Source: Eledone cirrhosa (lineage: Eukaryota). Taken from it: a stretch of DNA of 64,000 nt. Shown here in pieces: positions 37,440-49,689 of this stretch. Each line of letters starts with the position of its first letter. The stretch's first letter is position 1. The position numbers and the translations under genes were made by a program. The stretch spans positions 30,442,001-30,506,000 of the forward strand of contig OZ024740.1 of assembly GCA_964016885.1 (NCBI GenBank). The letters are read 5' to 3'. Under the pieces are notes generated by a model, which worked only from the letters and a program-made list of their open reading frames with translations, did no database searches and was not told where the DNA came from.

Positions 37440-38110
37440 ATGGTAGAATATTAAGTGTTAAATGTTAATTGAACAAGTACTTTCATGCTTTCGCAATCTT
37501 CAGGTTCCTATTCTGTGGTGACAGTCAAGTTTGCAATTTTCAACTGTAATGAGATGGGTAAATTTTGTGCCTTATATACAGTGAAAAGCGGCTACAGAAT
37601 GCTAAATCTTGCAAACTGTATTTCGACCAATTAGTGTGTAGTTTCACTGGATTACTGAAGCTGATTGGTTTAGGCGTCATGGTTGGTTGAGCATGTCTAA
37701 TGATTTCTATTTGGCTCTATCCAAAGCATCAATTGTTTTGCTATTTTTTAGAAATGATGAAAATAGAATTTTCTAGGGTTTTTATACCCCTAAGAATTAT
37801 TATTGTTCATTTCGCTTGGGTTTGAATTTATCAATAAAATTCTTTTCTTTGATTTTTCTCTTGATTTCACTTGGGCTGTGTAATTTGTAGAATGGAAATA
37901 TTATAAATATTTTCTGACCACATGTTGCTAGATGGTTACTCAGGGGTATCTGACGGACATTTGGGTCTCTGATTTGCTGTCGGTGCAGCCGTGCACGTTC
38001 CGATAGTGCATTTCCAGTTTGACCGATATATAGTTCTTCACAATTCGGGCATTTAATGCAGTAAATTAGATTTCTGCTTTTGCAGTTCATATGTGCATTT
38101 GGGAATATTT
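37440..38110 (-). mobile_element. 5'-truncated Penelope-like element (GIY-YIG ORF 38090-37800 plus pLTR)
   Basis: NCKSRNLIYCIKCPNCEELYIGQTG...ERARLHRQQIR...R...E..FI...KP; TATA/CCAAT motifs then hammerhead. Confidence 0.88.
37471..37507 (-). ncRNA. Minimal type I hammerhead ribozyme in a Penelope-like pLTR
   Basis: Minus strand GAAC-CTGAAGA-TTGC-GAAA-GCAT-GAAA-GTAC-TT-GTTC: stem I GAAC/GTTC, GNRA-capped stem II, palindromic GTAC loop III. Confidence 0.8.
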
Positions 38111-38314
38111 TTCAAAATTCCAACCCAATCATACCACACCACATCACACCATGTTGTACCACACCAGACCACATAACACCATGCTATACCATATATATCT
38201 ATATATATATATATATGAGCTCCCCACTCGTTATATTAACTGTATCTCCTCGGTGTTTCATGAAAGTCTGAGTGATCAGCTATATATTTGTTTACAATTT
38301 TTTTTTATATTTAG

Positions 38315-38940
38315 ATGGAAAAGAAGAAAAAGACGACGAAGCAGACGACTAAAATGAAAATGACAACAAAGACAAAGAAGACACGGGAAACGAAGATGAC
38401 GAAAAGAAGAAGAAAGTATGATCTCAGTTCAGTCTAAACCTAATGATTTATAGATATGATCTTAGTTCAGTCTTAACCTAATGACCTGTAGATACGATCT
38501 ATTTAGGTTTAACTTAAACATTCAAAGATATTTGTATATACTTTTGTTGATGTTTGACATTGTTTTTTAGTTATGAAATAGCTTATAAGCTACATTATAG
38601 GATCACAGTGCATGAGCACACTGCTCTTTAAATTAACTTTATCTCCTCAGCACTTTGTAAAGTCTGAGAGATAGGCAACATATATGTTTTACCTTATTTG
38701 TTTTTGGTATTTAGATGGCAGCGGAGAAGTCAAAGGCACAGAAGCAGTCAAAGGCACAGAAGAAGTCAAAGGCACAGAAGCAGTCAAAGGCACAGAAGAA
38801 GTCAAAGGCACAGAAGAAGTCAAAGGCACAGAAGAAGTCAAAGGCACAGAAGCAGTCAAAGGCACAGAAGAAGTCAAAGGCACAGAAGAAGTCAAAGGCA
38901 CAGAAGAAAACAAAGGCACAGAAGAAGACAAAGAAAATGA
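38315..38940 (+). other. Two exon-like purine-rich segments (38315-38415, 38715-38940): possible basic protamine-like ORF or acidic-protein pseudogene
   Basis: Polypyrimidine-ag acceptors before both segments, gtatga donor after the first; second contains 11 copies of an 18-bp repeat. Confidence 0.4.
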
Positions 38941-39244
38941 ACAAGAAGAACAATTACTATTATTATTGTTATTATTATTTGTATTATTATAATCAAACTA
39001 AGCCACACTACATCAACCTATACCATACCACGCCACACTGACAAACATTATAGCATACCACATTATCCAACACCACACTACGAAACACTGTACGACCTCA
39101 CATCAGACCATGCTATGAAACAATATACCATACTACACTATACAACAATAGACAACACCACACAAGACTATGAAACACTATACTTTACCACACTATATCA
39201 CACCACTCAAGTTAGAGAGGATCAACTTTTTTCCTGGAAAGTAG

Positions 39245-42200
39245 AAAACCTAACTTTAAGCTAAAACCGAACTTTAAAAATAACACTTACCCTAACACTT
39301 GCACTCACACATGCTCTAACACTTGCACTCACACATGCCCTAACAGTGAACTTAGCGCTAACATAAAAACTAACACAAACACAAAATCTGAAAACTAACA
39401 TTAAATAGAAAACTGACACATACACTAACACTAAAACTGACACTTACACTAACCTGAACACAGCACTAAAAGTAACACTACCGTAAACACTAATACAAAC
39501 ACGAACACTAACCCGAACACTTACACTAAAACTAACATTAGCACAAACATTAGCCTGAACACGAGTACTAAAACTAACACTACCATAAATACTAACACTG
39601 ACATGAGCACTAACACTTAAAGTAACACTAACACAAACATTAATCTGAAAACTGATACTAACCAGAAAACTAAGCTAACATTAACTTCAACACTAAAACA
39701 AACACTACTGCTAACAGAGATACTAACACAAATATTAACACAAAAACAAACACTAACGCAATCTCTAACACTAACACTAAAACTAACATTAACTTGAACA
39801 CTAACTCTAACCTGAAAACTAAGCTAACATTAACCTGAACACTAACATAAACACTAATGCTAGCACTAACAGAAATACAAATGCTAACATTAACGCTAAC
39901 CTTAACACAAAAACAAAGACTAATGCTAACACAATCACTAACACTAATGGAAACATCAAATACTAATGCTAACAGAGATACTAACACAAAAACAAATACT
40001 AACACTAACACAATCTCTAACACTAACCTTAACACTAAAACTAACACTAACATTAACTTGAACACTAACACTAACCTGAACACTTACACTAAAACTAACA
40101 CTAACAGAGATACTAACACAAAAACAAACACTAACACAATCTCTAACACTAAAACTAACATTAACTTGAACACTAACAATAACCTGAAAACTAAGCTAAC
40201 ATTAACCTGAACACTAACACAAACACTCATGCTAACACTAACAGAAATACTAATGCTAACATTAACATAAAAACAAAGACTAACGCTAACACAATCACTA
40301 ACACTAATGGAAACATCAATCACTAATGCTAACAGAGATACTAACACAAATATTAACATAAAAACAAACACTAACACAATCTCTAACACTAACCTTAACA
40401 CTAAAACTAACATTAACACTAACATAACTTGAACACTAACACTAACCTGAACACTTACACTAAAACTAACATTAACCTAAACACTAGCACTAAAACTAAC
40501 ACTACCATAAACAGTAACACAAACACTAACACTGATCTGAGCACTAACAGTAACACTAACACTACCATAAAAACTAACACTAAAAAAACACTAACATTAA
40601 CCTTAACACTAAAACTAACACGAAAACTGATACTAACCAGAAAACTAAGCTAACATTAACCCCAACACTAAAACAAACACTAACATTAACAGAAAAACAA
40701 AGACTAGCACTAACACTAATGGAAACACTAACACAAAATAAAACACTAACACTAATGGAAAAAATAACACTAAAACTAACACTACCGTAAACACTAACCG
40801 TAACCTGAACACTTACACTAAAACTAACATTAGCACAAACATTAGCCTGAACACTAGCACTAAAACTAACACTACCATAAACACTAACACTGACCTGAGC
40901 ACTAACACTAAAAGTAACACTAACACAAACATTAATCTGAAAACTGATACTAACCAGAAAACTAAGCTAACATTAACTTCAACACTAAAACAAACACTAC
41001 TGCTAACAGAGATACTAACACAAATATTAACACAAAAACAAACACTAACACAATCTCTAACACTAACCTTAACACTAAAACTAACATTAATACTAACATA
41101 ACTTGAACACTAACACTAACCTGAACACTTACACTAAAACTAACATTAACCTAAACACTAGCACTAAAACTAACACTACCATAAACAGTAACACAAACAC
41201 TAACACTGATCTGAGCACTAACAGTAACACTAACACTACCATAAAAACTAACACTAAAAAAAACACTAACATTAACCTCAACACTAACACTAAAACTAAC
41301 ACGAAAACTGATACTAACCAGAAAACTAAGCTAACATTAACCTCAACACTAAAACAAACACTAACATTAACAGAAAAACAAAGACTAGCACTAACACAAA
41401 CATTAACACAAAATAAAACACTAACACTAATGGAAAAAATAACACTAAAACTAACACTACCGTAAACACTAACACTAACCTGAACACTAACACTAACAAA
41501 AATGCTAACACTAATACAAAATCAAACACTAACACGAACACTAATGGAAACACTAACACCAACGCTGACACTGACGAAGATGGCTCTGCTGGCACAAACG
41601 CTAGTGCAAATGTTGACACAATCGCTTACGCTGACACAAACACTAACGTGAATACTGATGCAGGTGCAAAGGCGAATGCTGACAAAGACTCTGATGCACA
41701 CGCTGATGTAAATGCTACACAGACTCTAACGCTGACGTCGACACTGACACAAATGCTCGCGCTGATGCAAACACTAAAGCAAATGCAGACACTAATGCAA
41801 ACACAGACGCAAATGTTGACGCAAATGTTGATGCAGATGTTAAAGCAAACGCAAATACTGACGCAAACGATGACAGCGATGCTAATCTGAACTTTAACGC
41901 AGGCGTAAACATTGATGTAGAAGCTAAAGGAAACACTGATGCAAACACTAATGAAAATGCTGACGCAGACGCTAACACACGTTAACACAGATGCTAACGT
42001 AAAGACTGACGCAGATGCTAATATAAACACTGACACAGACGCTAACATAAACGCTGACATGATGCTAACACACGTTGACACAGACGCTAACATAAACGAT
42101 GACGCAGACGCTAATGTAAACGATGATGTAGAAGCTAACGTAAACGCTGACACAGACGCAAATGTAAACGCTGACGCTGATGTAGATGTAAATAGAGACG

Positions 42201-43370
42201 TTGACACAGACGCTGACGTAGAAGCTAACACAAATGCTGACACAGACACTAATGTAAGCGCTGACGTAGAAGCTAATGTAGATGCTGACGTAGAAGCTAA
42301 CGTAAACGATGACGTAGATGTTACGTAGAAGCAGGCGTAGAAATTAGCGTTTACCCTTACCGCCGAAGCTGATCGCCAAAATGCAATTGCTGATGCGGAT
42401 TGCTGAAGCCAAAGCCAAGCTAACGCTGACGCAAATGTTGAGGCAGTTTTGCCGGTGCTGACGTGTATGCTGACGCTAACGCAAATGCTGATGCGGACGC
42501 TAGGGCTAAGGCTAACGCTGACGCAAATGCTGAAGTTAACGCTTACATGGGATATGCAGACGCTGCAATGATGCGGACGCCACAGGAAAGGTTGATGGAA
42601 ACGCTAATGCTAACGGAAAACGCTGACGTAGACGTTACGGAAACGCTGACACAGACGCTAACGTAAACACTGACGTTAACTGAAACGCTGATGCTGATGT
42701 AGATGTAAATACTGACGCTGACGTAGAAGCTAACGGAAACACTGACACAGACGCTAACGGAAATGCTGACAAAGACGTTAAAGGAAACGCTGTCGCAAAC
42801 GCTAATGCTAATGTGAATGCTGATGCAGATGCTGACGCAAATGCTAACCCCTACACAAATGCAAACACTGACGCTAACACTGACTCAAACACTAATGCAA
42901 ATGCTGACGTGCACGCTGATGCAAACGCAGACATTGAGGGAAATGCTGACACTGACACAAGTGCTGACGCGGACGCTAATGATAATGCTGACTCAGAAGC
43001 TGACGTAGACGTAGGCACTGAAACAAACACTAATGCTAACACTAATGTTGACTCAGACGCTAAGGGAAATGCTGACACAATCACTATCACCAATGCAGAC
43101 GCTGACGCAAATGCTGACATAGATGCTGACACTTACGCAAACACTAACGCAGATGCTAACACCAGTCTACATAGACACTAACACAAAAGCTTACATAGAC
43201 GCTTATGCAAATGCTAACGCTGATGCAGACAGTAACTGTAAGAGTAACAGTTACAGTAACACTAACAGTGACAGTAATGCTAACAGTAACACAGTCACTA
43301 ACAATAAACTTACCATTAACAGTAAAACTTACCCTAACACTAACCCTAAATCTAACATTAACCCAGAGAA
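39245..43370 (+). repeat. Degenerate hexamer array: (AACACT)n grading into (GACGCT)n-like and back to (AACAGT/AACCCT)n
   Basis: 6-bp periodicity; reading frames give NTNT, LTLT and ADAD runs. Confidence 0.9.
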
Positions 43371-43439
43371 AAAGTCATTTGCAATCACATTTAAGGTCAC
43401 TCTTTAAGATATAGAAGATAGGCATTACATTTTAATGAT

Positions 43440-46400
43440 TTTAATTTAAAGAGAATCACGCTATACGATGCAAGACAATAACATACCACACCACACTAAC
43501 CTACACTACACCAAACCAGATTATACCATACCTTGGTAAATTTATGATAGGTTTCCATGTTATAACTACATCAAACTAAACCATACCAAACTAAACCAAA
43601 CCACACCATAATAAACTACACCATACTACATCACACCATGCTATTGAACTCAGTGTGAAAAATTTTCTTCCTGCTTTTTTTTGTCTTTTTTTGTGTGTGT
43701 GCTTACCACCCAATCTGACATTAAAAGTGTTTGCGATTAACTATTTTTTCCACATATTATCAATGAAGATTTTGAAACCTGTTGAAAATGACTAGTTTTG
43801 TAGAAAAAAGAGGGCGGAAAGTGGGTGGAAATACCATTCACAAAGCTTGTCATTTTTGATTGCAGTGAAAGTCATATTTGTTGTTAATATGGTAATGGAG
43901 GCACATGGCTTAGTGGTTAAAGCAGTGGCCTTGCAATCGAAAGGTTGTGAGTTCAATTCTCAGACCAGGTGGTGTGTTGTTTCCTTGAGCAAGACTTTAT
44001 TTCACATTGCTCCAGTCTACTCAGTTGTAGGGGTCCCTATCATTCCACTGCAAAGTGGTCGTGTAGGTGCCACGGCAAAAACCACCCAGCACTCACTGTA
44101 AATGAGGTTGGTGTTAGGAAGGGCATCCAGCTGTAGAAATCAAGCCAGAATCAGTTCCCGTCCCACCCTTACGATGAGGGAAAAGTGGACGTAAAATGAT
44201 GATGATGATGGTAAAAGCATAGTCGGCTGTGAGCATGTTGGAGGTTGGAAAACCATACCACATTAAACTACATCAAACTACACCATACCAAACTACACCA
44301 TACTACATCACACCATGCTATTAATCTCAGTGAGAACATTTTTCTTCCTGTTTTTTTCTGTGTGTGTGTGTGTGCTTACCACCCAATCTGATATCAAAGG
44401 TGCTCACAAATGACTATTTCTTTTACACATTATCAATGTATATAACATGGAAACCTATCATTTGCAATAGGTTCCCATGTCATAACTACAACAATCCAAA
44501 CCACACCATAGCAAACTACACCCTACATCACACCATGCTTTTGATCTCAGTGTGAAAAATTTTCTTCCTGCCTTTTTTTTTTTTTTTGTGTGTGTTCTTA
44601 CCACCCAATCTGACATCAAAGGTGCTGCAATTGACTATTTTTTGCACATATTATCAATAATTATGACATGGAAAACTGTCAAAAATGACTAGCTTTGTAG
44701 AAAAAAGAGGGAGGATGACTAGCATTTACAAAGCTAGTCATTTTTTTATTGCAGCGGAAGTCATATTTTTTGTTAATATGCTAAAAGCATAGTCCACTGC
44801 GAGCATCTTGAAAGTTGTATTAGTTGATAGCACATGCAAAAGTGAAGGAAACAATTTTTTCTTACATAAATCAAAGTGGAAATTTAATTCCTTACTTATA
44901 ACAAAGCACACCACACCACACCACTGTCTATTCGACTGTTTTCTATTTCATAGGTATGTCCAGTTACAGTAAGAGAAAGAAAGTTATTTCAAAGGATCTG
45001 AGTAAGTAAACACTTCAATGACCATCATTTTAAGCAGAATCTCAGTGTAGTTTTAAATTGACCTTTTCATATGATTACACCTCAGTCTTAACTTAATCAC
45101 CTGTAGATGGATGCTACATGTAATGTTAAAATTAGTTAAACACTGTTTCCCCCTTCTCGTCACATGTGGATGCTACATGTGCATTGTTAACATTAATCTA
45201 AAGTTGTGTCCCCCCCCCCCCCCGTCTCACCATATCATACCACACCAGACCACATAACGCCATGCTATACCATATATATATGAGCTCCCCACTCGTTATA
45301 TTAACTGTATCTCCTCGGTGTTACATGAAAGTCTGAGAGATCAGCTATATATTTGTTTACAATTCTTTTTTATATCTAGATGGAAAAGAAGAAAAAGACG
45401 ACGAAGCAGACGACTAAAATGAAAATGACAACAAAGACAAAGAAGACACGGGAAACAAAGATGACGAAAAGAAGAAGAAAGTATGATCTCAGTTCAGTCT
45501 AAACCTAATGATTTATAGATATGATCTTAGTTCAGTCTTAACCTAATGACCTGTAGATACGATCTATTTAGGTTTAACTTAAACATCCAAAGATATTTGT
45601 ATATACTTTTGTTGATGTTTGACATTGTTTTTTAGTTATGAAATAGCTTATAAGCTACATTATAGGATCACAGTGCATGAGCACACTGTTCTTTAAATTA
45701 ACTTTATCTCCTCAGCACTTTGTAAAGTCTGAGAGATAGGCAACATATATGTTTTACATTCTTTGTTTTTGGTATTTAGATGGCAGCGGAGAAGTCAAAG
45801 GCACAGAAGCAGTCAAAGGCACAGAAGAAGTCAAAGGCACAGAAGCAGTCAAAGGCACAGAAGAAGTCAAAGGCACAGAAGAAGTCAAAGGCACAGAAGA
45901 AGTCAAAGGCACAGAAGCAGTCAAAGGCACAGAAGAAGTCAAAGGCACAGAAGAAAACAAAGGCACAGAAGAAGACAGAAAATGAACAAGAAGAACAATT
46001 ACTATATTATTGTTATTATTATTTGTATTATTATAATCAAACTGAGCCACACTACATCAACCTATACCATACTTTACTATACAACAATAGACAACACCAC
46101 ACAAGACTATGAAACACTATACTTTACCACACTATATCACACCACTCAAGTTAGAGAGGATCAACTTTTTTCCTGGAAAGTAGAAAACCTAACTTTAAGC
46201 TAAAACCGAACTTTAAAATTGACACTTAGCCTAACACTTGCACTCACACATGCTTTAACAGTGAACTTAGTGCTAACATGAAAACTAACACAAACACTAA
46301 CCTGAACACTAACCTGAACACTAACCTGAACACCAGCACTAAAACTAACACTTCCGTAAACACTAATAAAAACACTAACACTAACCTAAACACTTACACT

Positions 46401-49070
46401 AAAACTAACATTAGCACAAACATTAGCCTGAACACTAGCACTAACACTAAAAGTAACACTAACACAAACACTAATCTGAAAACTGATACTAACCAGAAAA
46501 CTAAGCTAACATTAACTTCAACACTAAAACAAACACTAACGCTAACAGAGATACTAATACAAATATTAACACAAAAACAAACACTAACACAATCTCTAAC
46601 ACTAACCTCAACACTAACACTAAAACTAACATTAACTTGAACACTAACTCTAACCTGAAAACTATGCTAACATTAACCTGAACACTAACATAAACACTAA
46701 TGCTAACACTAACAGAAATACTAATGCTAACATTAACGCTAACTTTAACACAAAAACAAAGACTAACGCTAACACAATCACTAACACTAATGGAAACATC
46801 AAACACTAATGCTAACAGCGATACTAACACAAATATTAACACAAAAACAAATACTAACACTAACCTTAACACTAAAACTAACACTAACCTGAACATTTAC
46901 ACTAAAACTAACACTAACAGAGATACTAACACAAATATTAACAAAAAAACAAACACTAACACAATCTCTAACACTAAAACTAACATTAACTTGAACACTA
47001 ACACTAACCTGAAAACTAAGCTAACATTAACCTGAACACTAACACAAACACTCATGCTAACACTAACAGAAATACTAATGCTAACATTAACACAAAAACA
47101 AAGACTAACGCTAACACAATCACTAACACTAATGGAAACATCAATCACTAATGCTAACAGAGATACTAACACAAATATTAACACAAAAACAAACACTAAC
47201 ACAATCTCTAACACTAACCTTAACACTAAAACTAACATTAACACTTACACTAAAACTAACACTAACACTAAAACTAACACAAACACTAACACTGATCTGA
47301 GCACTAACAGTAACACTAACACTACCATAAAAACTAACACAAAAACTGATACTAACCAGAAAACTAAGCTAACATTAACCTCAACACTAAAACAAACACT
47401 AACATTAACAGAAAAACAAAGACTAGCACTAACACTAATGGAAACACTAACACAAACATTAACACAAAATAAAACACTAACACTAATGGAAAAAATAACA
47501 CTAACACTACAGTAAACACGAACATTAACCTGAACACTAACACTACCATAAACCACTAACCTGAGCACTAACACTAAAAGTAACACGAGCCCTAACCTGA
47601 AAACTAACACTAACCAGAAAACTAAGTCAACATTAACCTAAACACTAACACTAACCTGAACACTAACACTAACGAAAATGCTAACACAGCGGAAGTCATA
47701 TTTTTTGTTAATATGCTAAAAGCATAGTCCACTGCGAGCTCCTTGGAAGTTGATAGCACATGCAAAAATGAAGGAAAAATTTCTTTTCTAACATAATCAA
47801 AGTGGAAATTTAAATCCTCACTTATAACAAAGCACGTCACAGCACATTAATCTACCCCAATCCACACCATAAATTCACCATAACCATACTTCACTATATG
47901 CTAAATTTATTACAGAACACCTACTCCTACCATTTACATCACACCAATGTGACAAATTTGCTACCTGCATTTTTTTTTTGTGGTGCTAACATCAAAGGTG
48001 CTTGCAAATGACTATTTTCCCACACATTATCAATGAATATGACATGGGGATCTATCATTTACAATTGGTTTCCATTTCATAACTTCACCAAACCAAACCA
48101 AACCAAACCACACCATACCAGGTTACACCATACTACATCGCACCAAGCTATTGATCTTGGTGTCAAAAATTTATTTCCTGTTTCCTTTTTTTTTTTCTGT
48201 GTGCTTACCACCCAATCTGACATTAAAGGTGCTCCCAATTTACTTTTTTTTTTTCACATATCAATAATTATGACATGGAAACCTGTCGAAAATGACTATC
48301 TTTGAGGAAACTTCACCAAACCACACCATTCTACATCACACCAAGATATTGATTTTGGTGTGACAAATTTTCATTTGGCATTTAAAAAATTTTTTTTTTA
48401 ATGTGCTTACCACCCAATTTGACATAAAAGGTGCTCGCAAATTACTATTTTATGCACATATTATCAATGGTTATGACATGGAAACCTGATGAAAATAACT
48501 AGCTTTGTAGAAAAAAGAGGGAGGATGTGGGTGGAAATACCATTTACAAAGCTTGTCATTTTTGATTGCAGCGGAAGTCATATTTTTTGTTAATATGCTA
48601 AAAGCATAGTCTACTGCGAGCTTCTTGGAAGTTGATAGCACATGCAAAAATGAAGGAAAAATTTTTTTTCTAACATAAATTAAAGTGGAAATTTAAATCC
48701 TCACTTATAACAAAGCACATCACAGCACATTAATCTACCCCAATCCACACCATATACTTCACCATAACCATACTTCACTATATGGTAAATTTATTACAGA
48801 ACACCTACTCCTACCATTTACATCACACCAATGCTCGCAGTTGACTATTTTTTTCACATATTATGAATGAATATAACTTTGAAACCTATTGTCAATGATT
48901 AGCTTTGTAGAAAAATGAAGGCAGAAAGTGGGTGGAAAAACCATTCACAACGCTAGTCATTTTTAATTGCAGTGGAAATCATATTTGTTGTTAATATGCT
49001 AAAAAAATAGTCAATTGCAAGCATTTTGGAGGTCGGATTAGTTGATAGGACATAAAAAAACAAAGGAAAA
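43440..49070. repeat. Complex locally repeated blocks flanking and following the duplicated cassette
   Basis: cttaccacccaatctgacat...aaaggtgct at ~43700, 44375, 44598, 48204, 48406; gtcatatt(t)ttgttaatatg at ~43870, 44760, 47695, 48577, 48978. Confidence 0.75.
45236..47690 (+). repeat. Second copy of the 38130-41510 cassette (local duplication)
   Basis: Near-identical sequence at offset 7065 (38315/45380, 38715/45780); 10 rather than 11 18-bp units. Confidence 0.95.
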
Positions 49071-49689
49071 CAAATATTGTCTATATGTTCCTGTGGAAAC
49101 TCGGGTCTTCTGTATTACTGTGTGACGCCAGAGGTCATGTGTCATTGCCCTTGAGAGGGGCAATTGGGAAAGGTCGGCTTAGAAATATTTACTTCTGTGT
49201 TCACAGATTGATTTTTTTTTTAGTTTCAGAAGATCCCATTAAGGGTGAAAGCAGCCGATTCTTTGCTTAAACTTTAATCTGTTATTTTAATAAATATTTG
49301 CTCTCCAGTTCTTATATAATTGATAAATATTTATCCCTATCGAGCCCTCTTTCGATTTTAGTCTTCGTATGTATTATTATTACTATATATATATATCATC
49401 ATCATCATCATCATCATCATCACCGTTTTACGTCCGTTCTTCCACGCTAGCATGGGTTAGATGGGTTGTCCTGTTGTGGGCAGTGTCTGGTTGGCTGACC
49501 ATGCCTTGCTCATACAGGAACTAATTTGGCTTGATTTCTACAGCTGGATGCCATTCCTAACACCAATCTCATTTACAGTGAGTGCTGGGTGCTTTTTCGT
49601 GGCACCTACACGTCCTCTTTACAGTGTGGGCTGGGTGCTTTTTTGCCGTGGCACCTCCACGACCACCTTGCGGTGGGGGCATATATATA

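Noticed and set aside
39245-43370. True telomere or interstitial (TTAGGG)n tract
   Set aside because: Only isolated CCCTAA units at the edges; the bulk is CACTAA/CGCTGA-like
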